Shown in pieces: positions 34,863-47,658 of a stretch of 64,000 bases of DNA. The stretch lies in NCBI GenBank assembly GCA_973895155.1, contig OZ316891.1, positions 25,481,899 through 25,545,898 of the forward strand, read 5' to 3'. The notes under the pieces are model-generated. The model was given only the letters and a program-made list of their open reading frames with translations, was not told the DNA's origin and did not search any database. Source of the DNA: Marsupella aquatica (taxonomy: Eukaryota; Plantae; Marchantiophyta). A program made the position numbers and the translations under genes. Each line of letters begins with the position of its first letter. Within the stretch, counting starts at the first letter, position 1.

Positions 34863-37233
34863 ATCACTCAGACGCAGTATAACTTTACGCACAGGCTCTT
34901 GCATGAGGCCCCTCAGGCACAATGGCAGGACTTGTTGCATCATGACATGGTAGTCATGGGTTTTCATACTACCAAATTGGAATTTTTTATCCTTCACATG
35001 CCTCTTGAATGCACTAGCATAATCTGTGGGAGCTCGGAGTGAACTCAGCCTTGATAAAAAGGTCTGCCACTCTGTCTCTGTGCAACAATATGGTGCTTGG
35101 TACTTCAAAAACACGTTTGCCTTGCTCTGGTGTGATGTAAGCCAAAGGTGGGGTCGAATTCCCCTGTCCTGTAGATCCATACATACAGAGCCCGTGTCCT
35201 TTTCTCCACTCAAAAATTGGAGTAGACTCTCGCATATGTTCTTCTCTATGTGCATAACATCAATATTATGTTTGTTTGGATCAAACTCCTGCAACTCCAA
35301 AACATCAAGCAGTGAGCAAATCTCAATCTTCATAATACATACATACTACTTCATACAATCTAACAACTAAATTGACTGAATCACATATATGGGTTGTTGG
35401 GGAGAGGAGCTTACTCGCCAGTACTCCAGCTGCAAGTCCAAAATGGACTGTCGTTTCACACCATACAACCTTGCAGGATCCCGTACTCCATCCTCTGCTC
35501 CTCCATCTGCATCATACTGTGCCTTGGCAGCCCCCCAAGAACTTATTTGCTCCTTCTTCACTCGAGGTGGGGGACTACGGAGCTCCGTGCGCTTGTTAAA
35601 ATGTGCTATAAGATTGGGTCTACGTCTGTAAGGGTGATCAGAGGGCAGAAATCGACGGTGACCAAGGTATTTGATACACTTCAAGGACTTTGAATAGTCA
35701 CTTGTCACATGGGGGCCACATCTTGTGCAAGCTAAATATCCTTTCCCAACCTGGCCTGCAATCATGCTATGGGCAGGGTAATCTGCAATAGTCAACATTA
35801 CAATAGCTCTAAGCAAGAATGGATTGGCTTCACCAATCCTCTGCAGCATATCATATGTGAGCACTCCAGTGTACCATAGCTTTCTCAGTTCCTCTACTAG
35901 AGGAGCGAGATACACATCTATATTGGCTGCAACAGCACTGTCTGGCCCTGGAATCAACAATGCCAACATTACAAAGAACCGCTTTGTAGTCAACCATGGG
36001 GGAAGGTTGTAATTCAAAAGGGTTACAGGCCAACAAGAGTACGCATTGTTCTTCTCGCCAAATGGGTTCACCCCATCCAATGATAGCCCAAGCCTAACAT
36101 TCCTTGTCTCCCTAGCAAACTCAGGATACGCATCATCAATCAACTTCCATTGCTTTGAATCTCCAGCATGGCGTTGTAGCCCATCTCAACTTTTGTTCTT
36201 AGCTGTCCATGTCATCAACTCTGATATGGCACGGCTCCTGAACATTCTCTGCAGTCTGGGAATTATAGGAAAGTGACGGAGCAGTTTTGCAGGTTGCTTG
36301 GACTTCCCATTGTTCCGGTACCTGTGCTTCCCACATGTAGGGCATGTCAACTTCTTCTCATGTTCATTTCTGAAAATAACATGCCCATCAGGACAGACAT
36401 GGATTGACTCATAGTTCAGCCCAAGTTTTGATATCAGTCTCTTTGCCTCGTACATGTTTTTTGGCACTAGATTACCTCCTGGCAGCACTGTTTTCTGCAA
36501 GAAGGCCAGAACCTTGGACACAAAGATGTTTGGCACATTGTGGTTCCCACAAATATTCAGAAACATTAGCACAAATGCTAATTTGGAACAATTGCTTCCT
36601 AGGAACAGCGGATTGAAGGCCTCCTGAACTTCGGTTGGGGAGCCAAACATGGTGTCCACTCCAGCTGCAGCCTGTTGCCCAATCTCGAACCCATCTGAAG
36701 ACTCGTGGTCATCACCCGGTGCAATCTCAATCTCTTCTGCATCTTCCATGTCCTCCCGCATTGCATCCATGTCCTGGAAAATATCATGCACCATTTGCTG
36801 AACATTGATCCCTTCGTCTGCAGGCTGCTGAAGGACTTCGGACCCACCCAGTTGAGTCATCACATCTGCCAACCCATCAGTGAAGAACTGGTCTCGCCTT
36901 GCACTATTTGCATTCTCAAAGTCAGCCCTCCATTCCTCATTCGAAGAATCAGCCTCATTCGGATCGTTTGTAACATGCCAACGAGGGTGTCTCCCATGAA
37001 TTGCCAAGTGCCCATGAATCTGCCTCAAGACTCTGGTGTGGGAGCCATTGCATTGAGTGCAAGGACATCTCATTCGTGAACTTGGACCTGACCGTGCCAC
37101 TTTGGCCTGTTCCCGATTCCAGAGCTTCTGGTTGTGTTGGTAAACCCTCATTGGATGATGTAGAGGCAACCTGGCAGATGTTGGATGGGTCCAAGGGGGA
37201 GGGTGACCTATGGACACTCTTCTAGACTCCATC
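34863..37233 (-). pseudogene. CACTA/En-Spm TnpD-like transposase (Transposase_21 type)
   Basis: CPCTQC..HL, IHVCPDGHVIF, RHFPIIPRLQRMF, RNVRLGLSLDGVNPF, YNLPPW, DVMHIEKNI, MKTHDYH; in-frame TGA at 36186; cut at 34863. Confidence 0.93.
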
Positions 37234-37734
37234 TTAGAGTTCAGAACACAGGCACTCACATTTAATTGTCATTTCATTATGAAAGTGGAAAATACATTTC
37301 TTGTATAGCTGTGTTCCGATGTTCACACAATCTACCAAAACATATGACATGATACACTGTAATAAATCATGCATAGACTTTCTACAACCACCAGAAAACA
37401 AACAAGAAAGGTTCCTGAATTGTGTACCTATTCTCAGGTCACACTGTAACAAAATTCCTAACTGTCTCAGGGTGTCACCTCCTTCACTGTCCTCACTTGT
37501 ACTGCCTCAGTCTGCAATGGCCAACCAAGCACGTACATCCATGACCCTATCAGAGTCCAATCACCTATAGTCATAGACAAACGTGCTTGGCGTGAGAGCA
37601 GTATGAGATCTCCTCATGTTATTACCAGAGTTCATCTGGATACCCACCTGTTCTCGATGGTAGTCACACCTGAGGTACACTGGCATGTACATCAGGTCAT
37701 CAAGGAGTATGCCCTGGGCATACCAGGGTGGGAT

Positions 37735-37990
37735 TCAATTTGTGCCTACAAGAAGTGGTTGTAATGCCCTCCACTGGGGGGAGCTAGCTACCAAGTCCCT
37801 CCATTGTGTGCTAATTAGTCTATATTTGCAAATGTCTTGTGCGTTTGACCACAGAAGAATTCTGGGCCACATCTGACAGCATTATATCATCTGGCAAACC
37901 AGGCAACAAGGAAGTCTCCACAACATTATGCTCTTCTATTTCATCTGCTGAAAAATAAGATTCATCGTCTCTTGCATCCTCAGGCGGTGC
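37735..37990 (-). pseudogene. F-box-like ORF, frameshifted
   Basis: SLLPGLPDDIML / QMWPRILL...YRLISTQWRDLVASSPQWRAL. Confidence 0.6.
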
Positions 37991-38312
37991 CAAAATATGT
38001 TTCAACACCAACCCATGCAGGAGAGTCCAAACAGTGGCCAGCCATGTGGCAACCCACAGGAGGAGCCTACATAGCGTTGGGTGATGTAGGAAAGGCAACA
38101 CACCCACCAAAGTCTGCCGCCAAGATTTGAGCCCACAACCAGTAAGTTTACAGTGACACCCCCAGGCAGCAGGAAACAACAATCCGCCAACAGTAAAATA
38201 AGTCCAATTGCGACCAACCATAACAAGCTACGTTAGTTCAAATATCACATTTATTTTAAAGATGTGATTTGTACAAAAAGCTTGTCTCAAAACTGATGCT
38301 ACTACGTACTCC

Positions 38313-39060
38313 TCACTCTGATTCAGAATCGCTAATAACCCCTTCCTCACTTGTTGTCACATAGTTTTCATTGTGAGGATCCTGACCCTTCCGTGGCCAG
38401 GCCTCAAAAAGATCATAGTCCATTGGGTTTTGACGCTTCCCAGCTGCTACTGATTCCACAAGCCAAGCATATGAAACCACAAACACATTATGGGACATGA
38501 CATAAAAGCGAATGTCACCCTTCCCAAACTTGCGGCAGGCTTTGGGATATGACTTAGTAATGACATGAGGGGTGTCCTCTATTATATTCTCCTCCACTAT
38601 CCCACCTAGGTCAAGCACTGTGGACATGTACACTTTGCACTTAACCTCTCCAATTCCCGCCTCCACAAAAACCATGCTCAGCCCTTTCAAAATGGGGGTT
38701 GGTTGCTTCATCTCCTCAACCAACATACTCTTCAGCCTTCTTGAGCTTTGTCCTGTGTTGAGTACAGGTCCATATTGGACATCAACAAGCCGTGCCTTTG
38801 CTTCCCAAACTTCTTGTTCAGCCCAAGCTGATGCAGTAGCTTCTTCATCCTCCCACAATTCATATTGCTCAGTATCCTGTACAATCTGATGTGCTATGGA
38901 ATCTGTGATCCAAGAGGCCTCAACTACTTTTAGGCCTCGCTCAGTAATTGCAGAATTCATGTAGGACCATGACCACTTCTTTATCACTGATAGCCATGTC
39001 CCTGCAACAACATGTGTAGTCTCTGGAGTGATGTCCTGAAGTACAGTGCCATGGAGCTTA
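38313..39060 (-). pseudogene. Tandem BRCT-domain protein (5' end disrupted)
   Basis: PETTHVV...KVVEASWITDSI...YEL and LGGIV...TPHVIT...VVSYAWLVESVAAG...YDL. Confidence 0.7.
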
Positions 39061-39562
39061 GAGAATCATTTCTGTACAGTTGGCCAATGCACTTTGGTCA
39101 ACCCATGCTGGCCATGGACCAAAATGGCTCTGACCCCTGTAAACACTGTTGGGTGGTCACACTTTCTACGTTTCCCAGGCTCCATGTACACACACCCTAT
39201 GTGATGAGAGTGAATATTGGAAGAATGGGTTCACCTGCCAATAGAAGGACACCAAAATTCCTGCTTTTTAAGTTGATCAGGTCCACTATTGCTCAAGTCC
39301 AATTTTGATAGGTACAGGGGATATGTGAACAATAAGTACTAGGCACCTGCACCGATGTAGGACATTGTTTGAGTATATACTAGGAAATCCATATCAAAGG
39401 TGAAACGAAGTGCAACCAACTTGTCATGGCCACACATACATATTTTGTTGTAAAGGAGGATACATTCAATGACAAACTTATAGGGCAATTTGATTAATTG
39501 CATGCCTAATGCTTACAACTTTGAAGTCCTGTTTTAATTTAGCAGTCTGATGAGAGTGTTTG

Positions 39563-39890
39563 CTCGGGGGGGTCACTATATGGAGGGTCATACATCGCGT
39601 GCGACGTTTTAGGGTTTGACCCCCCTAACTTTAAAGTGAAAAATATTTTTTTGCAAAGCCCTTTCTTTCTTAAAATTTTGTCATTTTTTATTAAAAAACC
39701 CCTAAAAACTTTATAGAAAGTATTTTTTGCAATTAAATAGGCCTATGTGTTCTTTAAAGTCGACCAATCAATAAAACATGCCCTATGTGTTCTTCCACCA
39801 AACTTTGGAAGTCTTCCGCCACACCCATTTAAATGGGCCTATACTTCGTCGCACGTGATGTGTCACTTCCGTGGAAGTGACCCCCCCGAG
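39563..39890. mobile_element. 328-bp MITE with 8-bp TSD
   Basis: TIR CTCGGGGGGGTCAC / GTGACCCCCCCGAG, extending imperfectly to ~45 bp; TSD AGTGTTTG at 39555-39562 and 39891-39898. Confidence 0.9.
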
Positions 39891-40107
39891 AGTGTTTGTG
39901 AAAATGACCACTCAGTCTAAATACTTCCAAGAAGGCTTGTAAGGATAAGTTTTTATAGGCATGTACCCAGCCAATAACGCCAGGGCACAGGATAAGTGCT
40001 CCCTATATAAACTCGCCTACCCAACTCCTGTTCAAAATTGGAATCTCTGCAATCTCCAAAAATAGTACATCCACATTAGGTGCCCTATGCATGTACAATG
40101 TTCAGCT

Positions 40108-40788
40108 TCACAGCCAAGATATGTGATCTCTCACAGGAGTGCGCGAGGTAGGATCAATGGCATGGCGATGACAATAAAATATCCATCGATCAACACCATG
40201 TGTAGAGTGATCATAGATTTCTCTGTCACAAGCATAACCCTGTGCTTGACAATCTTTCAAGCAATGATAGTGCCACATAGTGGGACACCTAGCATAGTGG
40301 ACTATGTCAGCCTAGTACTCATCATCATGCTCACCACATGCCTTGCACCTATGAAGTGGGCAAGCTGTGGCATGAGCAGGCAAACACTCAAAACAGAAAA
40401 ACCTCACACAAAAACGGTCTGGACATTTCCTAACATTCGGTGCAGCATCAACAGAGCCCTCATAGGACCCCAACTTCCCACACTGTGCACACTTAGCCTG
40501 CTTCTCCAAACAATCAGTGCACATCCAGTCTCCCTGGTGTGTTGACGGGAGGCCCACCCCTGGACAGTTGTTTTCTGCAGCAAGGTCAGACTCCGGGTTG
40601 AGGTGGAAATGCCTCATGCAAGGGCCGTCATAGATGACCAAGCTCCCACCATCGTCACAAATGGCACAACAATGAGCTGCCTTCTAGAAAATCTGACTTG
40701 CAGAGAAGTTAGTAACATGTGGCCCAGGTACACCTATGTTGCTCACCTCTATCACACGCTTTTTCGTTGGAATTTTGGGGCGTGCCAT
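40108..40788 (-). pseudogene. EDM2-like composite PHD-finger protein, copy B (two in-frame TAGs)
   Basis: MARPK...CAICDDGGSL..YDGPCMRHFH...CPLHRCKAC...FYCHRHAIDPTSRTPVRDHISW. Confidence 0.75.
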
Positions 40789-41534
40789 ACCTACGCATGA
40801 GACAAACAGTACAATTAAGTAGACGGTACAGGCAATACATTTTGGCAGACTGTACAGCCAATGTATTTTAGCAGACTTCACAGAAAGTAAAATTTAGCAT
40901 TTAAGGTACAAAGGCATTAACTATTGCAATGAATTGCAATGCCCACACAAGGATGCAGAGCAAACATACTTTTGGTTTGTTGAGCCCACACACAAAACTG
41001 AACCCCTAGTACAATTGCTCCACCAACACCTCAAATTCGTGGATGTGATTCACCAAAAAAGATCTGCAACAACATTTCATGCATTTGAATCACATACAAT
41101 AGTCATCACATGAAAAATAGGCATTTTTTCAACAAGATTGGGATCAAGCAGTGTGATGAGGGTTGTACTTTATACATCCTATATAGGCTATGATAGTGAG
41201 ACAAATAAGTCATACGTGTAAGGGATGTTTGCAGGTTATCGCATGGCCCATTAATTCTGTCATAGAATGTTACAATGTTGGCCAAGTTAAAGTAGACATT
41301 AAAGCAGTCTTTGAATGGAGAATTTAAAGAGAGCTTGCTTAATTCTTACATTAGAATATTCCACTTAGTGCAGCCAAAATAGGATAAGTTATATACTCTG
41401 GACCCTAAACACTTTACCCAAAATTGCTCATACTTCAAAATTTTAAATTAATATCCTCGGTGCTTAAGTCAGAGCATTAAGTGTGAGGTCATTCCACTCT
41501 GGTCTGTGCATATGGGGTGACAAACTGTGCTCCT

Positions 41535-41984
41535 CTACAGCATGTGATCCAAACATGTGTAGACACCAAAAGCACCAGTGGTGGGGTCTGGGAGGCCAGG
41601 ACAAGTGACATCGCAAGGCACACTGTAGGATGGCGAGTGGTTCCAGATGATACATTGTGCTCTATGAAAAAATCGACATCCAAGAGAACGGTCATCCAAC
41701 TCTGGGCCAGATGCCCGACAGGCAGGACAGTCATATTGGCAACTGTGTACACACCCTTGGGCCCTAATTTGTGGTGGGTCATGTACGAGAGACAGAAATA
41801 CCAAGGATGTTGGGAAGGGTGGAGAAGTAGGTACAGGCCGGCTGTAGTTATTCCTGGCAACAACAGGGTACTCAAAGTACCATGCAGACTGGGCAGGAAG
41901 GATCCCAAGTCTGACATACTCAAGGTGCAACCTCTCTGCCTTGCATGCAAGCCGCACATGTTCAGCATTGCCGGTCCTCACCAT
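41535..41984 (-). CDS. Cys-rich 'MVRT' cargo protein, copy B (149 aa)
   Basis: ATG ORF homologous to 29190-29647; CVHSCQYDCPAC motif. Confidence 0.6.
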   Translation of the reverse strand: MVRTGNAEHVRLACKAERLHLEYVRLGILPAQSAWYFEYPVVARNNYSRPVPTSPPFPTSLVFLSLVHDPPQIRAQGCVHSCQYDCPACRASGPELDDRSLGCRFFHRAQCIIWNHSPSYSVPCDVTCPGLPDPTTGAFGVYTCLDHML

Positions 41985-42614
41985 AACTGTTGCTTTTGTT
42001 CAGATGTCTTGTGTTCACGTCCTCCAACGTCCTTTGATCAGCAAGGTCAGCAGGAGCTGTAATTGCCTCAGTCTCCAACAACAACCAGAAGAGAGACTAA
42101 TCAGTTCCCACTCACTGTGTCATTCCCTTGGTTCCAACTAGAGGTCATAGTATAAACATAGCATGAAACACTCCTAATGAACAATGTTGCAAACTACAAT
42201 ATCCAGAAAGACTGAAAGTCTCACCCTGCAGTGAGCAACAGAGAGGTAGTTCACTGCTAGCAAGAGTGAACTGAGCAGGAGTGTAGGCAGACTGGCATTC
42301 AGTTGGCACAACTATATTGTGCATCAGCACAAAAGCTCTTATAAACATGATATGCATGAAACTCGTCGATAAAATAGAAGGAAACTAAAGAGTGGATGCA
42401 AAACAAAGTAAATTACAGCACAGGTTGGCACAGGAAGTGGCCCGCAACACTCAGTCAAACTTCATAACCAAAGTACAGACTGTGATCACAATAAGGAGCT
42501 TCCTAAAAAAGAGGCCACCAAAAGGGGGTGGCAAAAAGGTCACTTGACAAAATGAAGATGGGAATGAAAAAACTGCCTCCAAGCTCAATACATGTGACCA
42601 AATATATATTCAAA

Positions 42615-44520
42615 GAGGATCCCCAACAGAGCAGAAGACAGTATGATCCCAATTACTATGTTCTATCCATAACTACACGATCTGAAAAATGTTATGAGCA
42701 GACATGAAGAAGCCAGCAAAACAGAGGAAACAGAGCAAAACAGAGCATGGATCGAGAAAATGAACAACATCTAGTTCTTACGCAAGAAACTCAGTGACAG
42801 CAAACAAATTCACTAGCCCCAGGAAGTGAAAAGCAAATGAGTACCAAGCCAACCAACTAAGACTGACTATGAAATGCAAGTGACATCATTTCAACCAAAA
42901 AATACAATAAAGCACTTAGGCAACATTAATATAGAAGTGTAGTGGAATTATATCATGCGACAGATAGTACTTGGTTCTACCTGAGGTGTACAGGCATACT
43001 GCCCTCAGGTAGAATGTGTATGCAGTTAGATACACATGAGGATCCCCAATAAAGCACACAACAATATGATCTGAATTCCCAATTACTCTGTTCTGTCCAT
43101 ACCTATGTTCATCAAAAAATGTTATGAGCAGACATTGAGAAGCTAGCAAAACAGAGGAGCCAATCGAAGCCAAAATACTACATTCAAATACAAGCTCACA
43201 AATAGGACTGAATTAGAACTCTTGCCTTTTTGCACTCCACCTGCACCAAAATGAAGTCTTAATACCAGGGACACGAAGAACACAAAACAAATGCCGGAGC
43301 ACATTCAAAGACAAAGTGATTCATGAATAGCACATTCAAAGACAGAGCGGAAAGAATTGAAAAAACCTGAGTGAAACAATTGTTCACACATGCACGGGAC
43401 ATTGGAGGTTGAATACAGCAGTCACCGCCAAGAATGTATGCATGAAACAGACATGAAGATATTGAATATGTATATGCATTCCAGACTTTCATGCCAGACA
43501 GTGGCGAAAGTTAAAATGAACTAGTTTTGACTTTATGACTCTCAGAATGAAAATATTTTATTTCAGAATTATATTCTATTTCAGAATTGGTTCAACTCTG
43601 TGGATTGTGAACTGTCCCACTTGGAATTCAACTATTTGGGCTATCTAAGAATGCAGTTCAAAGGACATACAGTGCAAGACAGTTAGAGATCATGTCTTCA
43701 TTCCGACGTCCAATTGGACATTTTATGTCACAAACTGCGCAAGCAATGAAGTCCATGGAATTCTCTCAAAAATGCAGCTTTTGTTGTTGGTAAAAGCAAC
43801 TACGAGTTTCCTATTGAGTGCCCCCGACGCACAATACTACCAGAGGCCCACTTTAGACTGCGATGGCTGTCATTACTTATTGGGAACTTGGATGCATATA
43901 TATTGAAGTGCTTTGCAGAGTGTTTCGACCACACAAAACCTAACATCAATCTCAACATTCAGTCCCGTCTCAGAATTGATTTAGAGGAGGCTTAGCATTC
44001 AGTACAATGTCAACAATCAGTCTTGTCTTCACATTCAACATCCGATTGCAAGGGGCTTCGATGAAAGCACAAGATAGAGCTATACAAGAAGAGATAGAGG
44101 AAGGCACCTGTGTGTTCGGGGAAAATGTGAAGCTCCAAAGACCACCCTAAACTCTCCAAGATGTAGGGTCAATGTAGGTTGCAGGTAGAAGCTCACAAGC
44201 CAAATATTGGGCAAATGTGGGCTCCAACTGTACTGTAGTGTGTCGTGGCTTTGCTCTTGCCTCCTATAGCTTAGAATGGGCCGGGGTTACCAAACAACTG
44301 TTATTCTATTGAAATTGGCTACCAAGAACTCTTGTCTTTCTGCACTCAAACAACACCAAAATGAAGTCTTAGTACTAGTGAGACCAAGAACACAAAAGGA
44401 AGGGGCACATTCAAAGACAAAGTGATTCATACCACATTCAAAGACAAAGCGGAAAGAATTGGAAAAACCAGAGTGAAAGAATTGCGAATGAATATCTGTT
44501 CACACTGTATGCACGGGATC
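42615..44520. repeat. Two dispersed direct duplications inside CACTA B
   Basis: ~42615-42730 matches ~43035-43160; ~43215-43400 matches ~44325-44520. Confidence 0.7.
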
Positions 44521-46104
44521 TTACATTTAGGGTGACTCTATTTGCAAAAGCCATAAAACAGAGAAATAGAGAAACAGAGACCAGAAAACAGAGAAACAAA
44601 TTAAGCATGCATCGCTAAAACGTAAAAACTTCATAGTGTATCATTTCTCTAAACAAAGGGCCACATACTCTGGTCTCTACAGAGAAAGCAAATCCACCTA
44701 CGATGAGAAGATTGGTACAGAACAGGAGAGAAAAGGGAGACCAGAACAAATATTTAAAATCAGAACAAGAAGACTGGCAATTTAAGGAACCCCAGGGAGC
44801 CTATTGCATTTGAATCACATACAGGACCCTAGCATACTCAAAGTGGGGCACTAGATACTGGGCAAACTCAAGGTAATGGTCAGAATGAAACCAGAAAGGT
44901 CTTGAAGTTGCCAGGTCCCGCCTTGTTCCTCTTGCACTTTGCAGAAAACAAGATGCAGAAAACTAACCTATAGCTCCAACCGGCTGTAGTTGACTGAGCT
45001 GCAGCAAGTTGTGAAGATAGGTCGTCCCCAGCGGCACCTTGTCCCTGCCTTTAGCTCGTCCTTCACTGCAAGTCTTTGAGCTGCTCAGCAAACACAGCAG
45101 CTCAGCACCACAGCTAATAGATGGCTAAATAATGGGATCATGTGCAAAGGGAAATGAGCCATGAAGCAAAGGGAAGCGATCAGTTCCGGCACCCAACAGC
45201 TGAAATGACCTCACTGACAGTTGGCATCTATGCAGATAGATCGAGGTCTTGTCACTAAGTTAGACACAATTTATGGTGAGAGTGTGAGTGTGAGTGTGAG
45301 GTTCCAGAGAAGGCTAAAGGACCTCTGCAATGCAAAATGTGGTGCGAATGGAGCCGCGAGGTGAACAATAAGTTGGTGATAAAACCGGGCAGCATACATA
45401 ACACCAGACCAAAGACACAAATGACCAAACCGAAAGACGCTTTCACCAACAATGCATATTCAGGACATGAGTGAATGGAAAGAAGCAAGAGAGATATAGG
45501 GATTACAAAAAAAGACTAGGCCCTCGTCTGTCCAGACTTCTGTAGGACTCCACTAACTCCATTGTCCTTCTCAGATCCCCAAGAAGTCCATGAAGCAACG
45601 AAGAACCTGGGCAATGTGACTTAAGGACAGTAGCAACAGTACATACACATAAGAATGAAAGGCTGGTTTGGGGTAGCACAAGCAAGAAATGCGACCCCCT
45701 TTCACTCACCGTCCCACGACCAATGATAACGGATGAAAACTGAACCTGAAATCTAGGTCATGCATTTGACCTGAAAGTGGTCAGCTCCAAGGCTACCTAC
45801 CTACCCCTTCATTGCTCCGCAGCTGAGCTCAATGAAGTATAGAAAGTGGGTGAGGATCCCGTCCTAGTTCAGCTCCTGTGCCCTCATGGCATTTGAAACA
45901 AAAAGAGCCTAAACCAACGCAGAACCTCAGTAGGATGAACGACTCCCCGACAGAGACTAGTCCCTTCTCTCCGGCAGCTCACAAATCCACAATTGCAATG
46001 GTTCTGCTCAGTCAGCCAAGAACACCCTAAAATCTACGAAAACAACGGGCGACAGAGGAGTTTGTAAGTGATTCTCACTTGAAATTCCGCCAGCTGAATC
46101 TTCC

Positions 46105-46650
46105 TTGTTAGAAGGTTTGCTAACTCCGCAGAATGACTCCCGGATGTTAGAGCAACGTAAGTGGCAGAGCTCACTCCCTCTGAATGTCTCTACTCATTGA
46201 AGAGTAGAGCTCCTCCCACCTTCGACCTCCCCAACTCCCCAAAGGTCAGTGGCATTTGCATAGTCACCTCCTTCGCGCACCGCAATTGACCAAGAATCCC
46301 TCCTCCTAAAGCGCACAATGTTATGCCCAAGCGCGATCAGGTGGCAGAGTCAACAACAAATTGAGAAAGAGTAACTCGGGAGCGAAGTGATTCAGAGCAG
46401 GTGGCTCTTGCTAACTCCGCAAAATGACTAGTAGATGATTAGGGCAGCGTAAGGGCAGAGCTCACTCCATCTGAATGTCTCTACTCATCATTGAGTAGAG
46501 CTTGTCCCACCTTCAACCTCCCCAACTCCCCAAAGGTCAGTGGCATCTGCGCAAACGAAGCGGGAGCACACCGCAATCGCTTCAATTCCCTCCTCCTAAA
46601 GCGCAAAATGTGATGCCCGAGCGCGATCAGGTGGCAGAATTGACAGCAGC
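46105..46650. repeat. ~300-bp tandem duplication
   Basis: GCTAACTCCGCA...CCCCAAAGGTCAGTGGCAT...GCGCGATCAGGTGGCAGA at ~46109 and ~46410. Confidence 0.85.
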
Positions 46651-47658
46651 AAAGTCTTTGAGCAGGTGGCTCTTGCTTTTCCCTCGCAAAAACTAGCAGT
46701 CGACACTAAACTGCACACCAGCAGTCACTCCTTGGATCCCTTCTCGTTGATTGGCATTTTTACCCTAACGAAAGTTCACACATGTTAGACGTCACTTAAC
46801 ACTTAGCACAAAACGGTCAGTAAGACCTAGTAAGTGTGCATGAGATTTTGTTTGTGGCCCTTTTAGTTTGGTGATTTGGGTATTGGTTATAAAAACACCC
46901 AATGTCACCGGGAGTAAGACAACACCCACCCTTATACAAGAATGCCTAAATTTGATTAAACCTTACAATACCCATTTGGTCACAATTAATTAAATAATGA
47001 GACCACATATTTAGCGAGCAGGCCTAGGTAGCATAGGGTACTTTAGGGCCGGGCCCTCCATTGTGTGGCTGTTTGGCCTATAGGGTATAGGCCAGGAATA
47101 CAGATCGACAGGTTGGAGTTTAGCTCCCAATTGTTCACTTCAAGGTTTAATTAGTTAATTAGGTCGGGCCCGGGTTACACCGTACGTCCATACCGTGCAC
47201 CATAATATGTGTTGGCTATATAGTAATGGACCAAACTCATCCTTATCCTTATTACATAAATGAACATACTAATAGGGATAAAAGAAGGTAAGTATGACCC
47301 CAAATTATGCCAAATCCAAATGGTAACATGACACATATTAGGTGCACAATATGTAATGGTCAATTTAGTGACTAAAATGGCTTGCCTTCCTTCCCACCCT
47401 TCCTAATTGGTCATAGGAATAAGACAGCGACCAAAAAGTGAATAGTTGTATATGTTTTGGTGTCTTATGTTGACTTAAGAATGACTAAGAAGTCGTATAT
47501 AGTCACATAAATATGACTGAAGTGTGGGCTGCGCACAATGGTGGTCAAGCCTGTCATAAGTGGTTGGGTCACAAAACACCCTGGTTTCTACTAGTGCTGC
47601 CAATCCTCATACATAATCGTCTCGCCGCTCCATCCCAGGTTATCAGTTTCAGAGAGTG

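Larger units (their letters stand above)
34863..47596 (-). mobile_element. CACTA element B (5' terminus, cargo genes, truncated transposase)
   Basis: Ends AAAACACCCTGGTTTCTACTAGTG at 47596; TGACT/AGTCA subterminal motifs; CACTA transposase inside. Confidence 0.8.
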
